A stretch of 64,000 nt of DNA from Myxococcota bacterium (GTDB lineage Bacteria; Myxococcota_A; SURF-8): positions 5,184,001-5,248,000 of the forward strand of contig OZ223209.1 in assembly GCA_965140415.1 (NCBI GenBank), given 5' to 3'. The notes below the pieces were generated by a model. That model did not search any database. It was not told the origin of the DNA and saw only the letters and a list, made by a program, of their open reading frames with translations. The first letter of the stretch is position 1. Every line of letters starts with the position of its first letter. Made by a program: the position numbers and the translations under genes. Below are positions 18,428 through 28,600 of the stretch, one piece after another.

Positions 18428-19748
18428 CAGACCGTTGAAAATCCTGGTCGCCGAGGACGACCGCGAAATGCTGGAACTGCTGGAGCAGGTGCTCAGCGAA
18501 GATGGCTACCTGGTCAAAGGCGTACCGGATGGCGCTGCGGCGTTGCGTGCGTTACAAGAAGGGGATTTCGATCTCGTGCTGACGGACATCCGCATGCCGC
18601 AGGCTTCCGGTCTGGACGTCTTGCAACAGGCCCGCGCCAGCTACCTGCATCAGCCGGTCATTTTGATGACCGCCTTCGGCAGCATCGAATCTGCTGTGGA
18701 AGCCATGAAGGCAGGGGCATATTCCTACATTCCCAAGCCCTTCGATCTGGATGAACTGCTCGCCCAGGTAGGTGAAGTTGCACATCAGATTCACCAGACC
18801 CAGCGCGCTGCCGGATCACCCGACCCGGACACGCCCTTCCCCATCGTCTTTAAAAGCAAGGCGTTCCAGCGCGTCATCGATCTGGTGGCAGATGTCGCCG
18901 AAAGCTCTGCAACCGTACTGATTACGGGCGAAAGCGGCACCGGTAAGGAACTGATCGCCGAGCAGATCCATCGCCGCAGCAGTCGCAAGGACAAGGATTT
19001 CGTCGCCTTCAACGTCACCGCCATAGCCGAACATTTGGTAGAAAGCGAGTTGTTCGGGCATGTCAAAGGTTCGTTTACTGGCGCCATCGGCGATAAAACC
19101 GGCCTGATCGAAAAAGCTTCGGGCGGAACCTTGTTTCTAGACGAAGTCGGCGACATGGACCTGGCAATGCAGATCAAGCTGTTACGTTTCATTCAGGAGC
19201 GGCGCATCCGCAAAGTCGGTTCCGTCGATTCGATCCCGGTGGATATCCGCCTGCTGGCGGCGACGAACCAGGACCTTGCCGAACTGATCAAGCAAGGGCG
19301 CTTCCGCGAGGATCTGTTCTACCGCCTGTCGGTCGTCAACATTCACCTGCCGCCGCTGCGCGAGCGCCGCGAAGACGTTATGGAGCTTGCATTTCACTTC
19401 CTGCGCCGCTTCAACCAGGATGGAGCCATTACCGGTTTCAACCCGGATGCTATCAATCTTTTAACGGATCACCCCTGGCCAGGCAACGTGCGGCAACTGG
19501 AAAACGCAATCGAATATGCCTGTTTGCGTAGAAAGAAAGGGACGATCTCGAAGGACGATCTGCCGCAGTGGCTTGGCTCCTATTCCACCGAGCACCTCAC
19601 TGACGGACGCGCTCTCGACGTGATCGAGCGCCAGCACATCGAGCAGGTGCTGGCCGACTGCGACGGCAACCAGTCTCGCGCCGCGCGCGTGCTGGGTATC
19701 AATCGCCGCACACTGGGACGCAAACTGAAACAATATGAAGAAAGCTGA
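18417..19748 (+). CDS. sigma54-dependent response regulator (NtrC/AtoC family: REC-AAA+-Fis HTH)
   Basis: GESGTGKE, ESELFGHVKGSFTGA, LFLDEVG, FREDLFYRL, WPGNVRQL, GNQSRAARVLGINRRTL. Confidence 0.95.
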   Translation: MPDSRPLKILVAEDDREMLELLEQVLSEDGYLVKGVPDGAAALRALQEGDFDLVLTDIRMPQASGLDVLQQARASYLHQPVILMTAFGSIESAVEAMKAGAYSYIPKPFDLDELLAQVGEVAHQIHQTQRAAGSPDPDTPFPIVFKSKAFQRVIDLVADVAESSATVLITGESGTGKELIAEQIHRRSSRKDKDFVAFNVTAIAEHLVESELFGHVKGSFTGAIGDKTGLIEKASGGTLFLDEVGDMDLAMQIKLLRFIQERRIRKVGSVDSIPVDIRLLAATNQDLAELIKQGRFREDLFYRLSVVNIHLPPLRERREDVMELAFHFLRRFNQDGAITGFNPDAINLLTDHPWPGNVRQLENAIEYACLRRKKGTISKDDLPQWLGSYSTEHLTDGRALDVIERQHIEQVLADCDGNQSRAARVLGINRRTLGRKLKQYEES

Positions 19749-19784
19749 TTGTCGGTTTTACATCACGACACCGAACAGGAGGTC

Positions 19785-20156
19785 ATGTTGACTGCTACGG
19801 AAAGCATCCTGCTGGTTGATGATGAAAAAGATTTCATCGACGCCTTAGCCAAACGACTGCAACGGCGCGGGTTCTCCGTCCAAGTGGCTTACAATGCCGC
19901 CCAGGCCCGGGAACTTGTAAAGGAAACGATCTTTAACGCCGCGATTCTGGACGTCAACCTGCCCGACGGCGACGGCCACGAGTTGTTTAAGGAAATCGCC
20001 GCCATCCAACCCGAAATCAAAGCGATCATGCTTACCGGTTACGGCAACTTGCAAAAAGCGTTTCAACTTGGGAAAAAGGGGCTATACTCCTATTTTGCAA
20101 AACCTTGCGACATCGAAAAACTGATCGAGGCGTTATCTGAGTCCATGAAGGGTTAA
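19785..20156 (+). CDS. Single-domain response regulator
   Basis: ILLVDDE...LDVNLPDGDG...LTGYG...AKP; AGGAGG RBS before ATG 19785. Confidence 0.9.
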   Translation: MLTATESILLVDDEKDFIDALAKRLQRRGFSVQVAYNAAQARELVKETIFNAAILDVNLPDGDGHELFKEIAAIQPEIKAIMLTGYGNLQKAFQLGKKGLYSYFAKPCDIEKLIEALSESMKG

Positions 20157-20158
20157 GG

Positions 20159-21928
20159 ATGGCTTCCCCTGCTGCCGCACGTTCGATATCCCTTAGACGT
20201 ATGCTCGCCATATGGCTGCTTGCCATGATCGTTCTGCCCGTGCTTCCGCTGGCGGTCTTTACCTGGCATGGATATCAAAGCGAAACACAGCAACTGGAAG
20301 CGCAGTTACAAGACAGCAACCGACAGTTTTCCCTATTGGCCGTCGAGTTGCTTGCCAGTACCTTGCAGGAGACAGCTCAATTCCTTCAGGACTGGAACCC
20401 ATCCGATTTAAGCACGGCTGATCTCCCTTTCGATCATATGGAATTCGCCTCTCAAAGCGGCGACATCGTTACCTCAAGCATCGATCCGAAGCGAGTCGGA
20501 CAAGCGCTTCAAGACGGATTGAAATGGACCCGTGTCTCCGCCATCGGCGGTCTGACATTCGACCTTTCCGCAGTGACCCGCATTCCTATGCTGGGTAGCT
20601 CGCGTGTGCTGGTGCGGATTTCCGATCCCGCAGGTCATGGCTATCGCATCGCATATCTCAATCCCATTTTCCTTCACGATCACCTGACCTCGCGTTTCGA
20701 TTCGATGATCAATCGTCACATCTACGCCATCGATGCAAACGGCGCACCGATCTTCTATACCCATCCGGAATTGGTCGAACGACCGGAACTGTTTGCCGAA
20801 AACGAACCGGTACAGCGCTTTCTTTCAGGCAAAACGGGCCCAGTCAAATACGCCAGCAACATTTCCGGGCACGATCGACTCGCCTTCGTTTCCCGTATGC
20901 CGCAAACGGGCTGGGCCGTCATAGTCAGCGCAGACATCGCGGAAAGCATGTTGGATATCCGTGAGCGCTTCATGTGGCTGATTGTCGCCGGCTGCGTTTC
21001 CTGCGCGCTTGCGTTGATTATCTTCTTTTCATTCAGCACCCTGCTTGTGTTACCGCTTTCGGAAGTGGCGAAGGAAATTCGCAGAAAAGATCGGGATCCG
21101 CATGCACACATCTCGCCTCCGCTCTCCGTCTATCGCATCCGAGAACTTGTTCAACTGGTCGAAGACGTCAACCTGCACATCGATCATTTTGTTGCAGCAG
21201 AACAGAAGACCATTCAGGCCGAAAAACTTTCGACATTGGGCGAATTGACCACGGGACTGGCGCATGAACTGGGCACCCCGCTAAACGTCGTGCGAGGCAG
21301 CGCGCAGATGATCAAACGGAAGTGCCCGGACGACTCCAGCCAGGTGGCGTTGACGCGAATCATTCACCAGACGGAACGCATCACGGATCTGATTCGTAAC
21401 CTGCTGGACATTGCCCGGTTGGAACAGGTTCACACGGAAACCCTGGATGTACGCCAGGTCATTGAAAAGATCGGAGAAACCGTTTTAGTCATGTATCCTG
21501 GCGTCAAGCAGCAATTTGATTTCCCAGAAACACCGGTGCGTGTGAATGTTCGAAGGCGTCCAATCGAACACGCTTTACTCAACCTGTTCACCAATGCCTG
21601 CCAAGCGATGGAAGGCAGCGGCCTGCTTACCGTTCGCATCGTATCCAAAATCACATCGGATCATGGCGAGCAATACCTGATCGACATCAAAGACACCGGC
21701 TCTGGAATTGATGAACAACACCTGGCGCATATCTTCAAACCCTTTTACAGCACCAAAAGCGCAGGGCAGGGTTCCGGGTTGGGGCTGGCGCTGGTAGAAC
21801 GTGTGATACGCGAAAACGATGGTTCTGTTCAGGTCGAATCTCCCCCTGATGGCGGCTCACTCTTTCGCCTTGTTTTACCTGCAAGCTCTTCGGAGAGCGT
21901 CCATTCGGAAAGCGTCCTGGAATCGTAA
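20159..21928 (+). CDS. Sensor histidine kinase with Cache-like periplasmic domain
   Basis: Two TM helices; GLAHELGTPL; PFYSTKSAGQGSGLGL. Confidence 0.93.
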   Translation: MASPAAARSISLRRMLAIWLLAMIVLPVLPLAVFTWHGYQSETQQLEAQLQDSNRQFSLLAVELLASTLQETAQFLQDWNPSDLSTADLPFDHMEFASQSGDIVTSSIDPKRVGQALQDGLKWTRVSAIGGLTFDLSAVTRIPMLGSSRVLVRISDPAGHGYRIAYLNPIFLHDHLTSRFDSMINRHIYAIDANGAPIFYTHPELVERPELFAENEPVQRFLSGKTGPVKYASNISGHDRLAFVSRMPQTGWAVIVSADIAESMLDIRERFMWLIVAGCVSCALALIIFFSFSTLLVLPLSEVAKEIRRKDRDPHAHISPPLSVYRIRELVQLVEDVNLHIDHFVAAEQKTIQAEKLSTLGELTTGLAHELGTPLNVVRGSAQMIKRKCPDDSSQVALTRIIHQTERITDLIRNLLDIARLEQVHTETLDVRQVIEKIGETVLVMYPGVKQQFDFPETPVRVNVRRRPIEHALLNLFTNACQAMEGSGLLTVRIVSKITSDHGEQYLIDIKDTGSGIDEQHLAHIFKPFYSTKSAGQGSGLGLALVERVIRENDGSVQVESPPDGGSLFRLVLPASSSESVHSESVLES

Positions 21929-21982
21929 TTTCGGTCGACCCATGCTATACTGGCAACGTTATGAGTATGACGGAGTGCGGCC

Positions 21983-22327
21983 ATGAGCGATCGGAAACGA
22001 CATCCCGACATCCCCGATGAATTCTATGATGAAGCTTACGACCCGGAGCCGGTGGAAATGCCTATCGACGGCACCCTGGATCTGCACACCTTTCAACCGC
22101 GCGAAGTCAAACAGTTGCTACCCGACTATCTACACGCCTGCCGCGAGGCCGGTATCCTTCAGGTGCGCGTGGTTCACGGTAAAGGCAAGGGCGTGCTGCG
22201 CCGGACGGTGCATGCACTTTTGGAACGCCTGCCGGAAGTGCGCTCTTTTTCGCTTGGCGGTTCCGATGCGGGAAGCTGGGGCGCCACCGTCGTAGATTTA
22301 TGGCCAATGGATTCTCAACCGGAATGA
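21983..22327 (+). CDS. Stand-alone Smr/MutS2-domain protein
   Basis: LDLHTF...VRVVHGKGKGVLR...GSWGATVV. Confidence 0.9.
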   Translation: MSDRKRHPDIPDEFYDEAYDPEPVEMPIDGTLDLHTFQPREVKQLLPDYLHACREAGILQVRVVHGKGKGVLRRTVHALLERLPEVRSFSLGGSDAGSWGATVVDLWPMDSQPE

Positions 22328-22457
22328 GTCTCAATCGTTGAAAAACCTGCTTCCCCTTTTCCCGGAACAACAACCCTGTGGAGACAGCACCGCTGCAAGG
22401 CCGAGCATGGCAGTGACAAAGACTATAGGCAGATCGACTTTGCGTTTCTGCCATCGA

Positions 22458-23252
22458 TTATGAGGACACGCTTTTTTTAGAGACTATGTAGGGACGTTTG
22501 GTCTGCTTGTCGATAAAGACAGACGCCTGCACGCCAAACTGCTTTTCGATCATTTCAGAAGTGATGATTTCCTCCGGCGTTCCAAGCGCCAACATGTGGC
22601 CTTGCTGTAACACCACGATTCGGTCGGCGTGTATCGACGCCAGATTCAGATCGTGCGTGACGGTCATCACGGCCAACCCGGACTTGCGCTTCATTTCGGA
22701 AAGCAGTTCATACACCTGCAACTGATAACGCAGATCAAGCGAATTCGTTGGCTCGTCCAGCAACAGCACGGAGGTCTGTTGAGCAAACGCGGCGGCCAGC
22801 ACCACACGCTGGCGCTCTCCACCGGAAAGCTCCGTTACGATACGATCCCGCAAATGATGAGTTTCCGTGCGGCGCATGGCCTCTTGCGCGATGCGGTCAT
22901 CCTCCTCGCTGGCAAGACCGAACAAACCCTGATAGGGTCGCCGCCCCAATAGTACGTAATCGTAAACACGGTAGGGAAAATGAAACACCGTCGTCTGTGG
23001 AACCAGCGCAACCTGGCGCGCAGCGTCGATGCGGCCAAGCGATTTCAATGACACGCCCCGGTACAGGATCTCACCTGACAACAAGGGAAGATACCCGATC
23101 AGGCTTTTCATCAGCGTGGATTTCCCGGACCCGTTCGGTCCTACGATAGCCACAAACTCGCCTTCGGATAAGGACAGGGAGATGTTCTTCAGGATTGGAG
23201 TTTTTCCGTATCCCGCCTCCAGATCGATGATAGACAATACCGGTTTCGTCAT
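22458..23252 (-). CDS. ABC transporter ATPase, FecE/BtuD-like (iron-siderophore/heme/cobalamin class)
   Basis: GPNGSGKST, LVPQ, LSGGERQRV, LLLDEPT, HDLNLA; start set at MTKPVL. Confidence 0.9.
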   Translation of the reverse strand: MTKPVLSIIDLEAGYGKTPILKNISLSLSEGEFVAIVGPNGSGKSTLMKSLIGYLPLLSGEILYRGVSLKSLGRIDAARQVALVPQTTVFHFPYRVYDYVLLGRRPYQGLFGLASEEDDRIAQEAMRRTETHHLRDRIVTELSGGERQRVVLAAAFAQQTSVLLLDEPTNSLDLRYQLQVYELLSEMKRKSGLAVMTVTHDLNLASIHADRIVVLQQGHMLALGTPEEIITSEMIEKQFGVQASVFIDKQTKRPYIVSKKSVSS

Positions 23253-23489
23253 GGTTCGGCGGTATCCACTTGAAGAATGCAGTAGTAAAACGCTTCGACG
23301 ATCTTGAGCATTTGCGCTCCCGACGATGCTGATGCGCTTGCTCTTGTATGCTTCGATATAGCCCAGCGGTTGCCTAAGTGCAATTTCTTTTTCGCGCAAC
23401 ACTTTCGTCAACGTTTCCGGAAACAACCCGATCGCCATTTCAACAATGAATTGGGCTTGACGATTTCTTATAGTTTTGCTATTGAATGG

Positions 23490-23652
23490 ATTATCCAGGT
23501 TCGCGAATTTGTCGCGACGCAAGCCAGGAAGCCGGTGAGATTCCGGCGCGATCCCGTCACGGTGATCGGTCACGCCCATTCAACTATGCCACTGGGAACC
23601 CCCGGGAAGGCGAATGGGATACAGGCCGTAAGCCCGGAGACTGACCTGGATG
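23490..23652 (+). ncRNA. Cobalamin (B12) riboswitch
   Basis: P1 ATCCAGGT/ACCTGGAT; GGAA-GCCGGTGAGATTCCGGC; GCCACTGGG...GGGAAGGC; B12-box-like AAGCCCGGAGAC; downstream hairpin covering the GGAAAGGAG RBS. Confidence 0.88.
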
Positions 23653-23776
23653 AACCCTTTGGGCGCGCCTCGGGGATTGGGCGTGGGGGAGTCGCAGCAC
23701 ATCACTCCTTATTTTCCAATCCAGAATCGGGGCGGCAATAACCCCTTTCTTCCATTTTTTGGAAAGGAGCCGCACC

Positions 23777-24031
23777 ATGCCGCGAAAGAACGGAACCGTA
23801 TTGTATTTCACCTCAACCGCGCGGGACTATTCCGAAGAAGACCTTCTGCGCATCATCGACAACAATCATCTCGACTTGCGCCTGTGCCAGGTCGCAGAGG
23901 AACGGGATGCCGCCGACGCATTGCGTCTGTTGGTTCAGCGTGGTGCGCGAGTGGTGGATGGGCTTTGTGTCAGCAGCACAGAGGATGGCTCGTTTCAAAC
24001 CGTCGGCGCTCCCATGCGTTTATACGGGTGA
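23777..24031 (+). CDS. Small hypothetical protein (84 aa) under cobalamin riboswitch control
   Basis: AAGGAG RBS, ATG at 23777, directly after the riboswitch expression platform. Confidence 0.75.
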   Translation: MPRKNGTVLYFTSTARDYSEEDLLRIIDNNHLDLRLCQVAEERDAADALRLLVQRGARVVDGLCVSSTEDGSFQTVGAPMRLYG

Positions 24032-24128
24032 AACGACTCGTCGAGGCTTTTTTGTCGATTTCTTTTCGATAGACGAGCGGCAGCCGTGATACACTCCCCG
24101 CTATACGCTTTACAAGGAGAATCACGCC

Positions 24129-25655
24129 ATGTCCGAACGCGTTCGCTGGGAAAATCATATCAAGGTCAGCACCATGGATTCGCTTGTGCGCATTGCCAAG
24201 GCGCTGCCGGATATCCGCAAACATTCGCGCGCGGCGGATAAACTCGTTAATGAGTTGCAACCGCTCGATGTCGAACTGCCACTGCCGTCGAACGAACGGA
24301 TGTTGTCGTGGATCCAAGAGATCGCCTCGACACCGCATCGACGTCCGGGTACAGAGGAAGGACGCAAGGCGGAGGATTGGGCCATCGAGCGCTTCAAGGA
24401 AATCGGGCTAGACAACGTCCAGGCGGACCCGGTGCCCATCACGGTCTGGACGGCCTCCCGCTGGTCATTGCACATCGAAGGAGAGGCACTAGCCAGCTTC
24501 TTCATCTTGAACACCGGCTTTACCGGGTCGGAAGGGATCAGTGCGCCACTGGTCTACGTCGGCAAGGGGCGACCCCAGGATTTCGAGAAGGCGGACGTCA
24601 ATGGAAAAATCGTGGTGGCTGAAACCGCCTTTCCGCCGTTACCTTCTGGACTGCTGATGAAAGGCATCAAAGCCTGCTACCATCTTTCCGATCCTGAAAA
24701 CGAACTGAAGCTGGGCGACGTGCAGTATCTGAACTTCGTGCGACGCAATTTCGTAGGAGGCTCCGCTTCGGTGGAGGAAGCCCCGGATCGCGAGGTTTAC
24801 TGGCAGGCGGTCAAACACGGCGCGGTCGGAATCTGCCTTATTCTGAAGAGCCAACCCTCCGGCAGCAACAGCCACTATGGACCATACGACGGTCTCATGA
24901 AACCGATGCCGGGTCTGTGGATCGGTAAATTCGAAGGCGACACGCTGCGGCGCGCAGCCAAAAAGAACGCCAACGCCACAATCGTTTTGCAGGGAGAGCA
25001 GAAACCCGGAGAAATGCGCAACGTATGGGGCGTGCTGCCCGGAGTATCCGAAGAAACCATCCTGATGACCTCGCATCTGGACAGCCCCTTCCAGGGCGCG
25101 GTGGAAGACGCCTCGGGCATTGCGCAGGTATTGGCACAGGCCGAAGCATGGTCGAAAATTCCAATGGAGCAGCGCCCGCGAACGCTGGTGTTCGTGGCCG
25201 GCTCCGGGCATTTTTACGGTTCGGAGGGTGGGCACGCCTTTGCTAGCACACACAAGGAGTTGATGCAGCGCACCCGTATCCTGCTTACGCTCGAACATCT
25301 GGGAGGGAAAGAGGTGCGCGAACAGGGGCGCAGCTATCAGGAAACCGGACGACTGGCCTTGTCGGTTTTATTCACCACGCCTGATCCTGCCGTTATCGCT
25401 ACGGTAAAAAAAGCGCTCTCGACACACCCGACCCGCATGAGCGCCGCCATTCCGTCTACGCTATTCGGACCGGTGCCCACCACGGATGCCATGGGCTACG
25501 TGCTGGAATCCGGTGTCCCGGTAATTTCGTGGATCGGCTGCCCGTACTATCTGCTGGACGAGCATGACACGCTGGATAAAATCGATGCGGCCAGCTTGCA
25601 GGATTTCAGTAAAGCGGTAGGCGAACTCGTTAAATTACACATGACGGCGCAATAA
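24129..25655 (+). CDS. M28-family metallopeptidase with PA domain
   Basis: HRRPGTEEG, LVYVGKG...DVNGKIVV (PA domain), SHLDS...AVEDASG, HDTLDKID. Confidence 0.8.
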   Translation: MSERVRWENHIKVSTMDSLVRIAKALPDIRKHSRAADKLVNELQPLDVELPLPSNERMLSWIQEIASTPHRRPGTEEGRKAEDWAIERFKEIGLDNVQADPVPITVWTASRWSLHIEGEALASFFILNTGFTGSEGISAPLVYVGKGRPQDFEKADVNGKIVVAETAFPPLPSGLLMKGIKACYHLSDPENELKLGDVQYLNFVRRNFVGGSASVEEAPDREVYWQAVKHGAVGICLILKSQPSGSNSHYGPYDGLMKPMPGLWIGKFEGDTLRRAAKKNANATIVLQGEQKPGEMRNVWGVLPGVSEETILMTSHLDSPFQGAVEDASGIAQVLAQAEAWSKIPMEQRPRTLVFVAGSGHFYGSEGGHAFASTHKELMQRTRILLTLEHLGGKEVREQGRSYQETGRLALSVLFTTPDPAVIATVKKALSTHPTRMSAAIPSTLFGPVPTTDAMGYVLESGVPVISWIGCPYYLLDEHDTLDKIDAASLQDFSKAVGELVKLHMTAQ

Positions 25656-25692
25656 GCTTACGTCTTCAGCGCGATGTACTTACTTGGCACGC

Positions 25693-28600
25693 CTAGACAT
25701 CACCCGATTTTTCGGAGTCCAGCACCTCGCGCACCTTCTGCACCAGCGACTGCGGCCCGTAGGGTTTACCCAGGAAATTGATCCCCTTTTCCAGCACACC
25801 ATGATGGGCAATGACATTTTCCGTATAGCCGGAAGTAAACAGCACCTTCAATTTTGGATTCATCGCAGTCAGTCGGGTCGCCAACTCGCGGCCATTCATC
25901 GTCGGCATCACAATATCGGTCAATAACAGATCCACATTTAGCCGATCCTTTTCCACCATGGCAATGGCAGTTGCTCCCGTGTCCGCGTGATGCACCTTGT
26001 ATCCCTGACGCGCCAGGATCTTGATGGCAATATTGCGCACCATGGACTCGTCTTCCACAACCAGTACACTCTCCGTGCCCATCGGCAAGCCGCTCCAAAC
26101 CGAACCCCGAGTTAATTCCTCCACCTTTTCATGCACTCTCGGCAAGTATACTTTGAACGTGGTACCTTTACCCAACTCGGAGTAGATCTTGATATGACCG
26201 CTATGCTGCTTGATCACGCCATAGGTTGTCGCCAAGCCCAGTCCGGTTCCTTTACCTTCTTTCTTCGTAGTAAAAAACGGATCGAACACCATCCGCTGTG
26301 TCTGTAAATCCATTCCCTCCCCGTTATCGGAAACGGCCAGCATCACGTAATCACCCGGTTCCACCTGAGAGTTAGCCCGGCAGTAGTCTTCGTCCAAAAC
26401 GACATTGCCGGTTTCGATGGTCAACTTTCCACCATCGGGCATGGCGTCTCTGGCATTGACGACGAGATTGACCAGCACCTGCTCTACCTGTCCCGGATCT
26501 ACCTTGATACGCCCCAGTTCTTTCTTTGGAATCGTGCGCAGATCGATGTCCTCGCCGATCAAGCGTTGCAACATATTGTGCATGGACTTGATCACCTGGT
26601 TCAGATCCAGCACTTTCGGATCGATGATCTGTTTGCGGGAGAACGCCAGTAACTGCCGGGTCAATGACGCGGCGCTGTCGGCAGCCTTTTTGATTTCCCC
26701 CAACGTTTCGATTAACGGGTCTCCCTGGGATAAATCCATCAAAGCCAGGGTAACATTGCCTGTAATTCCAGTAAGCAGGTTGTTGAAATCGTGCGCCACG
26801 CCTCCAGCCAGCCTTCCAATAGATTCCATCTTCTGCGCCTGGCGGAACTGTTCTTCCAGTTTCTTGTTTTCATCTTCCGCTTGCTTCAGATCCGTAATAT
26901 CCGGGAACACCGCAATACCTGCAATCGCTTTCCTAGTATCATCCAGAATCGGCGCCGCATGCATCCAGACGACCCGGTCTTGTTCGTCCGGTCTGTGGAT
27001 CACCAGTTGCCGATCTCCGGTTTCTCCGAATTTGATCGCACGCACCAAGGGAATTTCATCCCTCTGACATATCGAACCATCCAGATGATGTATCAACCAA
27101 CTATCGATGTAGGTTTCTGTCTCTTCTCCATCCTGCCGTTGCCCGTTTCCTTTCCCCTTGATCCGCAAAGCCGCATCGTTGGCATAGCGGATCTTGGCAT
27201 CGGGTGCATCGGCAATCACGATGCCGGCAGGACTGCAATCCATGGCAGCTTGCAACAAGGCATTTGCCTGCTGCAATGCGGTTTCCGCTTTCTTCCTTTC
27301 CGTAATGTCTCGCGTCACACCCTGCAAGGCAATCGGAGCACCAAGATCATCAAGAATAACCTTGCCAACAATCTCAACAGGGAATCGCTCTCCACTCTTC
27401 TTGATGAATACAGACTCGAAAACCACGCCTCGATTTTCCGAATCATTCATCATTTCGCCGCCGGCAATCTCCGCCATCTTGACGAATTCCTCCTCATCGC
27501 AATGGTCGGACAAATTCGTTCCGATCCATTCTTCAGGCGAAAACCCCGTAAGCTGAACGATCGACGGATTGACGTAGGTGAAAGTCAGGTTTAAATCCAT
27601 CAGCCAGATGACATCCAGCGTATTATCCGCTAACAGGCGATAGCGGCTCTCGCTGTCGATCAGCGACTGCTCCATTTTCCTTCGCTTTGTGATATCCCGA
27701 ATGGTAGAAAACACGCCGACCACCTGCCCCTGCTCGTCTCTCATCGGTCCGCAGATATCCGAAACCCAAATGATGTTTCCCTCGCGCGATCGTGCTTTAA
27801 ACTCCTTTGCCGGCGGAAACTCTCCCCTTAAAGCTTGTTCTAAGCGTTCAACAACTCCAACTTTCTCCAAGAAGGGGAATAGCTCCGTTGCAGGTTGATT
27901 CAGTACTTCCTTCTCTGCAAATCCACTTAACCTTTCCATGAATGGATTCCACATTTTGAAGTTAAGGTCCGTATCGTAAACGATGATACCTTCATTGACG
28001 TTGTTGATGATGTCCGCCAACAATCGATCTTTCTCGCCGATGGTCGCCTCGGCTTTTTTCGCCTCTGTAATATCAGTTGCGATAAGCATCACCCGATCGG
28101 AATCAAACTTCTTTTCCAGTTTCACCAATCGTATTCTTGCCCAGTTTCCCTTTATGATTTGGCATTCGAATTCCTGCATCTCCCCGGTAGCAAAGCATAA
28201 CTCAACCTTTGCTCGATTCAGTTTCTTCGCTCCTTCCGACATAATCCCGATGCAATCCGAGTTGAGCAATTCCTTGGCCGTATACTTTCCAATACGTTCC
28301 CGGTTAACACTTACAATTTTCATCTCTCGATTGATGACGAGAATCAGATCCGGTGAATTGGCAAACTGTGTCTGTAGCAGTGTTTTGTTTTCATTCAACG
28401 CCAACTCGGCACGCCTTCGCCCGATCATATCCATGGCTAATCCTGCCAGCGTTTGCACCTTTCTCACATCCAACTCGGTGTATTCAGTCGGCTTGTTTCC
28501 CAATCCAATAATCGCCGTTACCTTCCCGTTTTGAATGATGGGAACCGTTAATTCCCGAATCACAGGCGGATGCCCTTCCGGCAATCCTTTCTTGTTCAGA

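Noticed and set aside
23253-23579. N-terminal extension of the ABC ATPase
   Set aside because: It overlaps the riboswitch and its promoter on the opposite strand; the ATPase domain starts at MTKPVL
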